Origin: an uncultured Candidatus Bathyarchaeia archaeon
GTDB lineage: Archaea; Thermoproteota; Bathyarchaeia; Bathyarchaeales; Bathycorpusculaceae
Length of the DNA: 18,991 nucleotides
Reading direction: 5' to 3'
Assembly: GCA_964450845.1 (NCBI GenBank)
Contig: CAYVGZ010000024.1
Span: 1 to 18,991, forward strand
Shown here: one piece after another, positions 1 through 7,039 of the stretch
How the letters are laid out: each line of letters starts with the position of its first letter
Numbering within the stretch: the stretch's first letter is position 1
Notes under the pieces: model-generated
What the model was told of the DNA's origin: nothing
The model's database searches: none
What the model saw: the letters and a program-made list of their open reading frames with translations, nothing else
Made by a program: the position numbers and the translations under genes

Positions 1-1884
1 TCGCCTAGGCAAGTGACAAGCCTAGTTCAGCGGGTTGGTCGCAGCGGTCACAGCATGGACAGATTTTCTGAAGGCATCATCGTTACAGCTTATCCCGATG
101 ACACGCTGGAGAGCATTGCTGCCGTGCAGAGCGCGTATGAGAACAAGATTGAACCTGTGCTGATTCATGAGGCTGCCTTGGATGTTTTAGCTCATCAGGT
201 TGCCGGGATGCTAATGGACAAAGAAACCATCGGACTTGATGAACTATTAGCTATTCTACGCAGGGCTTATCCCTATCGCGCTTTGACCGAGAAGCAACTT
301 CTGGATGTGATAGGCTTTTTAGACAGCTTGAACGAGTTGAGGTTTGATGAAGAAGGCAGGGTTTTGAGAAAGGCACGAAAGACCAGAATGTACTATTATG
401 AGAATCTCAGCATGATTCCCGACGAAAGACGCTACCCAATAGTCAATGTGATTTCCGACAGAAAAATCGGCACGCTGGGCGACGAATTCATGGCACTGCA
501 CGCACGGGTAGGTAGGAACATGATAGTAAAGGGCAAGGTTTGGCGGATCGTGCAGATAGAGGAGGAAACTGGAACCGTTCACGTTGTACCTTCTGAGGAC
601 CCGCTAGCAGCCATTCCCGGTTGGGATGGCGAGATGATTCCAGTGCCCTTTGACCTAGCGCAACAGACAGGACGAATGCGTGAAAAGCTTTTGGGTTTTT
701 TGAAGGAGACAGGCAACGTTGAAATTGCGGCGGAGAAGGCCGCAAAGGAACTGACCATAAACAAAGCAGATTTGCTTGAAGCCGCAAAGGAGGTTGAAGA
801 GCACGCTAAGCAAGGAGCTCCATTGCCCACAAACAGGCTTGTTGTTGTTGAGGCTTTTGACAAATATTTGATCGTGCATGCCTGTTTTGGCGAGATCGTG
901 AATCGCACGTTGGGCGGGGTTTTTGATTCAGTACTCTCTGACCATGAGATTATTGTTGGTTGGTGGACTGATGGCTACAGAATTTTGATTGAAGCTAGGC
1001 ATAAGCTAAAACAGCAGGAGCTTGAGACACTCAGCAAAGCCATGTTTAGCTTATCTGATGAGGAGATTGAGAAGGCTTTTGAAGAGTATATGGAGGCAAA
1101 GTTTCCTTTTTCTTACAAAATGAAGTTTGTTGCACAACGTTTTGGAGCGTTGCCTCGTGGAAAATTCATGAGCCCTGAAAAAGAAGAAAGATTGCCGTAT
1201 CAGTTTGAGAATACACCGATTTATGATGAGACTTTGCGTGAGGTTATGGTTGAGAAGGTGAATGTTGACAAGGTCAAAGAAGTCATGCGTGATGTTCGAG
1301 AGGGAAAAGTCAAGGTTACTACGGTTTATCGTGTTGAGAAGCCTACGCCTTTGGCTTATCATATTCTTGAGAAGTATAGTGATGTTTCAGAGTTGATGGC
1401 GCCAGAACAGGTTTTGCTGAGCAATATTGAGAAGATGAAGAAGGCTATTGAAGCGAGAACTGCTAGGCTATTGTGCATGCAATGCGGCGAATGGACAGCA
1501 GAAAAGAAAGTCAGAGCTTTATCGGAACAACCAGAATGCGAAAAATGCGGTTCTAGGCTTCTGACGCTCATGTATTTTAGTCAGGATGTGAAGCGTTTGG
1601 CTGAGTTCTTGAAGAAGAGACGCAAGAATAAGGAGTTGTTTGAAGAGGAGCTTAAAGAGTTGACTCAGGCTAGGCGGAAGGCTGATTTGATTTTAAGCTA
1701 TGGAAAAAAGGCGATAGTAGCGTTAGAGGTGAAAGGTGTAGGTCCAGAAACCGCCTCTAGAATCTTGGGAAAAATGCATCCGAAAGAAGACGACTTTTAC
1801 ATGGACCTTCTGAAAGCAAAAATTCAGTATTTAAGAACCAGAGAATACTGGGAAAACAAAGAAGACCATATAAGAAGCTTTTAG
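1..1884 (+). CDS. lhr: Lhr-family SF2 helicase, 3' part (5'-truncated by the window), with C-terminal Zn ribbon and HhH-like motif
   Basis: Frame 1 is open from base 1 (SPRQVTSLVQRVGRSGH, Lhr-type motif VI). Lhr hallmarks follow: LDVLAHQV, winged-helix YPYRAL, YYENLSMIPDE, IGTLGDEF, GKVWRIV, IPGWDGE, LPT..VVVE..HACFG. C-terminal CMQC...CEKC and LEVKGVGPETASRIL. Confidence 0.93.
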   Translation, partial: SPRQVTSLVQRVGRSGHSMDRFSEGIIVTAYPDDTLESIAAVQSAYENKIEPVLIHEAALDVLAHQVAGMLMDKETIGLDELLAILRRAYPYRALTEKQLLDVIGFLDSLNELRFDEEGRVLRKARKTRMYYYENLSMIPDERRYPIVNVISDRKIGTLGDEFMALHARVGRNMIVKGKVWRIVQIEEETGTVHVVPSEDPLAAIPGWDGEMIPVPFDLAQQTGRMREKLLGFLKETGNVEIAAEKAAKELTINKADLLEAAKEVEEHAKQGAPLPTNRLVVVEAFDKYLIVHACFGEIVNRTLGGVFDSVLSDHEIIVGWWTDGYRILIEARHKLKQQELETLSKAMFSLSDEEIEKAFEEYMEAKFPFSYKMKFVAQRFGALPRGKFMSPEKEERLPYQFENTPIYDETLREVMVEKVNVDKVKEVMRDVREGKVKVTTVYRVEKPTPLAYHILEKYSDVSELMAPEQVLLSNIEKMKKAIEARTARLLCMQCGEWTAEKKVRALSEQPECEKCGSRLLTLMYFSQDVKRLAEFLKKRRKNKELFEEELKELTQARRKADLILSYGKKAIVALEVKGVGPETASRILGKMHPKEDDFYMDLLKAKIQYLRTREYWENKEDHIRSF

Positions 1885-1894
1885 CCGAATAGCG

Positions 1895-2392
1895 TTATTT
1901 TCTGGTTGTTTCACAGAGCAATACGCAATGAGGCCACCTTGTTTTCAGTTCGCTCATCCACTTCTCGATAGCTTTTTTCTGGTTGACATCTCCTATTTTC
2001 TTCAGCTCTTCCTTTATTCTCGGATTGCTTTGCTCTAGTGACTCAAAATTTTTGCATTCTGTGAGTTCATCGCATTGGCTGCAGTTGGTCAAGTTTTTCT
2101 TTAAGGCACATATTCTGATTTCGCATGTTGGATTTCCACCGCCGTTTTTGCAGCCTGAGCACAGTGGCATGGCTTTTATGCAGGCGAGGCTTTTTATGAA
2201 CTGGTTGAAGTTGAACTCTTTCGAAGCCCACTTTTCTAATGCGGATTGACTGCGTTTGATGATTTGCTCGTATTTTCTTGTTAGTTCTTGTATGGCGTCG
2301 TTGCCGCCGAGACAGCCTCCACACCAGATTCCGCAAAAACCGATTTGGTTTTTAACGTTTTCGAAGCCTTCAGTCAATTGACATTTCTCCAT
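1895..2392 (-). CDS. DUF3795-family Cys-rich protein
   Basis: Motifs CGIWCGGC, CSGC, CEIRICA and CSQCDELTEC match the DUF3795 cysteine pattern; ATG at 2392. Confidence 0.8.
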   Translation of the reverse strand: MEKCQLTEGFENVKNQIGFCGIWCGGCLGGNDAIQELTRKYEQIIKRSQSALEKWASKEFNFNQFIKSLACIKAMPLCSGCKNGGGNPTCEIRICALKKNLTNCSQCDELTECKNFESLEQSNPRIKEELKKIGDVNQKKAIEKWMSELKTRWPHCVLLCETTRK

Positions 2393-2491
2393 GTTGTTAA
2401 GAAATGTCAGAAGAGAAAAACATGATATAAATGATTTGGAAAAACCAGGGAGGGCGTTGAATCTCTCTATTGTGAACTCTTGAGGCTTTGC

Positions 2492-3591
2492 TTACAGTGA
2501 TATTCGACCGTTTTTTATTATTGTTTTTCCGCCAACTTTGAGTGTTGCTTTGCTCAGTGTCGCTGCTATGCCAAATGATGCGTTGTTTTTTCCGCCGATG
2601 TACTCGTTGTCTCCGATGCCTATTTGAACTGCTCCTTCAACAATGTAGTCCATCAAATATCCGTACTCTGCTTTGGGGTTTAAGCCTATTTGTAGATAGC
2701 CTATCTTGTCTTTGTCTCCTGAGGCTTTCTCGAACTGTTTGGAAATAGCTTCCACATTCTTCTTCGCTGTCATCGATGTCAGTTTTCCCTTTTTGAATCC
2801 AAATTTGATGCCTGATACGTTTAAGCCCACACTCTGCAGTGGTCGGTCAAAGATTACTTTTCCGTTTCCGCTTGTTTCAAGTATGGTTGTTAGCACGGAC
2901 CCAGCTGGCAGTTGTGAGTCGAGGGATTTTTTGCGATATCTTTTTTGTCGATTATTCCATCGTCGACGTGGACTGGTCTTTTGGCTAGTTCGAAAGTGAG
3001 GTTGGTTCCATTTGGTGCAGTGAGATGTGCTGTGCGGGCTTTCTCAAGAATTGCTGCGATGCTGCGTCCCACTTTCGCTATTTTCTTCAGATCCATTGTT
3101 AAAGCGTTGTTCACTACTTTTTTCCATTTTTGGAAATTGAAGCCATAGACTTTGGCTCTTTCTGCGGTCACTAGTGCTAATGGAAGACTAACGTTTCTGA
3201 TTTTTCTCTCTATGTTTCTTGGATAATGTGCCTTTCTTTCTCCTTCGCTCCAAGCGTTGATTTTTGAAGGAGACAGTTTTTTCAAGCCTTCAGGGTTTTT
3301 TGGACCAAACAGGTTGATTGTTGCTGTTTCTGTTTCGGTGAATGCTTGGCATATTTTTGAAGGAATCTGTAGACTTTCTGTTGACAGTTCCCTAAGAAAT
3401 CCGTAGTAGTACTCGTCCGTCCAGAGGCATATCATAGCGTCTGCGCCTTGTTTGAAGCATTCAACCGCCATGGCATTAGCCACGTCAATTGTGTGATCCC
3501 AAGTTGTAATTATAACGACATCACTTGGGTCAATTCTCAACGAGTCTCTAACAACTGTTTTTGCCAATTCCTCATACAATGCACTTATCAC
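2492..3591 (-). pseudogene. Peptidase M29 (aminopeptidase T/leucyl aminopeptidase)-like gene split by a -1 frameshift at 2932-2926; pseudogene, programmed frameshift or indel error; predicted catalytically dead
   Basis: ORF 3591-2890 (N-terminal part, LTAPNGTNLTFELAKRPVHVDDGII) continues in the -1 frame as SLDSQLPAGSVLTTILETSGNGKVIFD...IGLNPKA...GAVQIGIGDN..IGG, giving ~366 aa of M29-like protein. An SD-like GAGGGGGTGAT suggests TTG 3579 as an alternative start. Confidence 0.8.
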
Positions 3592-3622
3592 CCCCTCAGA
3601 AAACAGAATCGTACGACCCTAC

Positions 3623-3630
3623 ATATAAAA
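3623..3630 (-). promoter_or_regulatory. Putative TATA box for the M29-like gene
   Basis: TTTTATAT on the minus strand ~32 nt upstream of GTG 3591, with an SD-like motif in between. Confidence 0.4.
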
Positions 3631-3873
3631 CATAGGAATAACAACGTACAGTCCGGCTGCCTGTTCAATCTATATATGGAGATGTCGTTTTCACTCAGAA
3701 GGTTTGTGGCTAACAGATAGAAGCCCACGACAGAAACTGCATAGTGAAAAAAACTAAAGCATTTTAATCCGCTATGCAACCGCTTCAATCCTTAGATTTC
3801 TTCACTAGAGGATAATCCTAAAAAGGTTAAAAAGAAATTAAACCTAAAAGACAAGATGTAAGAGTTAAGAAGC

Positions 3874-4320
3874 ATGTGGTCAAGAGAAAAAATAAACGCT
3901 TCCTTATTGAAACATTATCGGATATTCCTTACTTTTTTCATAATAGGGGTTTTGGTTTTGTCTATATTGCTTCCATATAATAGATTCACATCTTCCAAAG
4001 GCAATTTTGAAAATGAAGTCAATCCAACGATTGTTAATGGTATTCTCACTGCAACGGCAATCGTTTTTGGTTTCGTGGCATTCGAATTAAGAGAAATAAA
4101 ATCGTCTATTATTGAAAAATTTGTTTTGTCTCTTCCTCTGTTATTTTATTTGATGATCACTCTAGAATGGTATTTTATAGCGGCTACGGTTGGAAAGATA
4201 ACAATGGTCTTGGTGTTTGAGATCACGTCAAACTGCCTTTTTAATATCCTCTACACAATTCCTTTAACAATTGCCAAAGAAATTCATGAAGAACTAGAAC
4301 AGAGAAAACAAGAAAAGTAA
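3874..4320 (+). CDS. Hypothetical membrane protein (~4 hydrophobic segments), 148 aa
   Basis: Clean ATG-TAA ORF in the AT-rich segment; hydrophobic stretches IFLTFFIIGVLVLSILL, GILTATAIVFGFVAF, FVLSLPLLFYLMITL, ITMVLVFEITSNCLFNILY; charged C-terminal tail. Confidence 0.7.
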   Translation: MWSREKINASLLKHYRIFLTFFIIGVLVLSILLPYNRFTSSKGNFENEVNPTIVNGILTATAIVFGFVAFELREIKSSIIEKFVLSLPLLFYLMITLEWYFIAATVGKITMVLVFEITSNCLFNILYTIPLTIAKEIHEELEQRKQEK

Positions 4321-4380
4321 AAAAAGCCACCTAACAGTATTACATGTAAGAAATGCGGAAAAAACTTATAGCATAACCAA

Positions 4381-4394
4381 AAAAGCTTATTATA
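4381..4394 (+). promoter_or_regulatory. Putative BRE + TATA box for a leaderless HEPN-gene transcript
   Basis: AAAAGC followed by TTATTATA (4387-4394), ending 23 nt before ATG 4417, the spacing typical of leaderless archaeal mRNAs. Confidence 0.45.
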
Positions 4395-4416
4395 ATAGAG
4401 CGTAGAGCGAACAGAA

Positions 4417-5257
4417 ATGAGTTTAGAGAATAAGTTTAGCGTGAAAGCCTATCTAGAGGGATTTCATAAAGTAGAAATAGGACAAAAAGTAGCTGACTGT
4501 GAGTTCGGGTTTGATTCTAAACGTAATCAATATTTCCTATCTATGATTATCTCTGCTAACAGCATGCAAGAGGCAAAGCATAAAGGTGAATTGAGACTAA
4601 AGCAAGTGCTGTGTTTTCGTCATATACAATGGAATCTCCTATTCAATTAGCACTATTGGTGTTGACCAGATTTCTGGTGAACGACCCTTCCTACATTCTG
4701 TTACCATAATTTTAGGAAGGCTAAGATATTTACCTCTCAGTAAGGAAAGAATCGAAAAAATCGTGACCTCTATAGAACTTCTTGACAAACTTCCAAGCCA
4801 AGAACAGTCAACAAAGAGAGTAGATAGAGCAATAAACTACTTTCTGAAAGGGTGTTTCTTAGAAACACGATTAGACAAATACGGACGTTCTGAGTCTTTT
4901 TTGAATTTTTACAAAGCTGTAGAAATTATAAGTCATGATTTTATAAAAAGTTTCAATAAAGAAGTTAGCGGTCAATTGGAAACTACGCAATTAGGAAACC
5001 TAACTGAACGAGAAATTGAAAAACTGCGAACCTCGAAAAGACTAATTCAGTTTACATGTGGGAAATTGGGAACAATTAACATTTGTGACATATCGAGAAT
5101 TGTTGAACTTCGCAATAAATTTAGTGCTCATGCAAGCTTGGAAGAAGCTAATGTGTCAAAAAAGGAGATTGATGATTGCAAAGTGCTTGCGGCAAGAAGT
5201 ATCATAGAATATATAAACTACGTTTACAGGAGTCTCTTGGACTCCCCTACCCTTTGA
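4417..5257 (+). pseudogene. HEPN-domain protein (putative RNase; MauJ/ApeA-like architecture) interrupted by a frameshift near 4605-4620
   Basis: ORF 4417-4650 switches into a frame open from 4601 to 5257 (VFVIYNGISYSISTIG...RAINYFLKG...ESFLNFYKAVE...LRNKFSAH), ~280 aa when joined. R-N-x4-H at 5111-5131 plus the upstream FYKAVE helix is HEPN-like. Confidence 0.65.
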
Positions 5258-5350
5258 AACATCTTGAGTTTTGATTTAACCTTAAAAAATCTTGAAACGT
5301 ATCTGATATTTTGCGATAGGTTTTTAATTTTGGTTTGATATTATTCTATT

Positions 5351-5431
5351 AGTGGTTAAGTGCGGAAAAAGAATTTTGGAATGTGAAAACGTTCAGGAAT
5401 TCTCGTATACCCAATTCCGCACTTGACCATT
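5351..5431 (+). ncRNA. Candidate structured small RNA (long hairpin with GAAA tetraloop)
   Basis: 17-bp outer stem 5351-5367/5415-5431 (15 Watson-Crick, 2 G-U), a 2x11 internal loop, a 15-position inner stem 5370-5384/5389-5403 (3 G-U, 1 G.A) and loop GAAA at 5385-5388. Confidence 0.5.
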
Positions 5432-5469
5432 CTTTAACCCCACAATTTTAAGCGATTTTATCGTGTCTT

Positions 5470-5674
5470 CTATTTATAGGGGAGAGGGGGGTAGGTTACT
5501 CACACAGAGCCTCCACTTATCCAAACTTTTCAACACTTCTCAGTACTAATCAAACTTCTGACACCTCGTTTAAATTTCAGCCTCTTCTCTTACCCTAATA
5601 CAAGGAAAAGGAGGGAAAAAGCCTCAACCAAAAGTTGAACCTATATATAAGGGGGGTCTAAGCACACAGAGAGC
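5470..5674 (+). repeat. Two imperfect direct-repeat units, CTATWTATAR-G-run-T...CACACAGAG
   Basis: Copy 1 at 5470-5510 (ctatttataggggagaggggggtaggttactcacacagagc); copy 2 at 5641-5674 (ctatatataaggggggtctaagcacacagagagc). Confidence 0.45.
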
Positions 5675-5760
5675 AACAGAAAGAAGGCATTCATAAGAGT
5701 TTGATGCGTTAACCCTTAATAATATGACATCTTTAAAACAGCTCTTGAATTGGTGTCAAA

Positions 5761-7032
5761 ATGAGCGAAAAGAACAGTGAACCGTCACAGCTTAAGTCAA
5801 CTTTAGGCTTATTTGATGCCACAGCCATAAGTGTCGGCGCAATAATAGGCGCAGGTATATTCGTTGTAACAGGCATTGTTGCAGGCTTAGCTGGTTCAGC
5901 CCTAATAGTTTCCATGCTTGTAGCCGCAATAATCTCCATGTTCACTGCATTAAGCCTCGCCGAATTAACAGCTTGGCAACCAAAAGAAGGAAGTATCTAT
6001 GAATACACATACCAACTAATCTCTCCATTCGCAGGATTCTTAACAGGCTGGATGTGGATACTATCCAACACATTCGCAGGTGCAGCAGTCTCGCTAGGCT
6101 TCGCTAATTACTTAACAGCCCTATTTCCAATTTTACCAGCCAACTGGATTGCAGCTGTCCTCTGCATAGCCTTCACGACACTCAATTTCTTCGGCATCCG
6201 CCAATCAGCCCTCATGAACAACTTCTTAGTCGTAGCCAAACTGCTTATCTTGGCATTCTTCATCATTTTAGGCGTAGCATACGTTAACTCTTCAAATTTC
6301 ACGCCTTTTGCTCCCTTTCAAGTCGGAGTGCTTTACGGTGCATGCTACATTTTCTTCGCCTACGGCGGATTCGCAAGAGTAGCCGTAGTAGCAGAAGAAG
6401 TCAAAGACGCAAAAAGAAACGTTCCAAAAGCCATACTGCTTTCACTGGCAATATCCACAATAGTCTACATACTTGTCGGCGTAGTAGCTGTCGGACTCGT
6501 AGGAGCCCCTAATTTGTCAAACTCAAGCTCACCAGCCTTAACTCACGCCATAAACGCTACAGGAAACACAACTGCCGTCTACATAGTCTCCGCTGGAGGA
6601 TTATTAGCAACCGCAAGCGTGCTACTCACATCAGTTTTAGGAGTTTCCCGCGTGGCATACGCAATGGCAAGAAGAAAAGACATCCCACAAGCCTTATGCA
6701 AACTCCACCCAAAATACAACACACCCTACTATTCAATATGGATAATAGGCACTTTAATGGCACTACTCGTTTTATTTATAGACCTTACAAAAGTCGTAGC
6801 CATAAGCACCTTCGCATTACTCTTCTACTACGCCTTTGCCAACGTTTCCGCTCTACGATTAAAAGTTCAAAAAAGACTCTATCCACAACTTGTGCCAATT
6901 TTAGGCGCAATCACGTGCCTAGCACTATTAATCTTCATTCTTTTCGCTTCACCACAAGCATGGATAATAGGCGTTGCAGGCTTAACAGCAGGAGCAGTCT
7001 ATTACATAGCCAAAAACAAGTTTCGCTTCTAA
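5761..7032 (+). CDS. APC-superfamily amino acid permease
   Basis: LKSTLGLFDATAISVGAIIGAGIF (TM1 GxxIGxGIF motif), SLAELTA...EGSIYEY, FFAYGGF, EEVKDAKRNVPKAI, HPKYNTPYYSI; ~12 TM segments. Confidence 0.93.
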   Translation: MSEKNSEPSQLKSTLGLFDATAISVGAIIGAGIFVVTGIVAGLAGSALIVSMLVAAIISMFTALSLAELTAWQPKEGSIYEYTYQLISPFAGFLTGWMWILSNTFAGAAVSLGFANYLTALFPILPANWIAAVLCIAFTTLNFFGIRQSALMNNFLVVAKLLILAFFIILGVAYVNSSNFTPFAPFQVGVLYGACYIFFAYGGFARVAVVAEEVKDAKRNVPKAILLSLAISTIVYILVGVVAVGLVGAPNLSNSSSPALTHAINATGNTTAVYIVSAGGLLATASVLLTSVLGVSRVAYAMARRKDIPQALCKLHPKYNTPYYSIWIIGTLMALLVLFIDLTKVVAISTFALLFYYAFANVSALRLKVQKRLYPQLVPILGAITCLALLIFILFASPQAWIIGVAGLTAGAVYYIAKNKFRF

Positions 7033-7039
7033 GATAAGG

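Noticed and set aside
3738-3778. 7-bp inverted repeat TGCATAG/CTATGCA at the left edge of the island
   Set aside because: Too short, with a long spacer and no partner at the right edge to define a mobile element.
3588-3788. 66-aa minus-strand ORF upstream of the M29-like gene
   Set aside because: It covers that gene's TATA and SD region and has no protein-like features.
5351-5431. Hairpin as SECIS, SRP RNA helix 8, group II intron domain V or tRNA
   Set aside because: It lacks their diagnostic motifs (SECIS GAA/A core, SRP symmetric loop, AGC triad, cloverleaf), and no in-frame TGA selenoprotein was seen; HdrA and MvhD use Cys.
5470-5674. Replication origin (ORB array)
   Set aside because: G-strings are present, but there is no TCCA-N3-GAAAC ORB core and no cdc6/orc1 nearby; the G/T-to-A/C skew direction would fit a terminus better.
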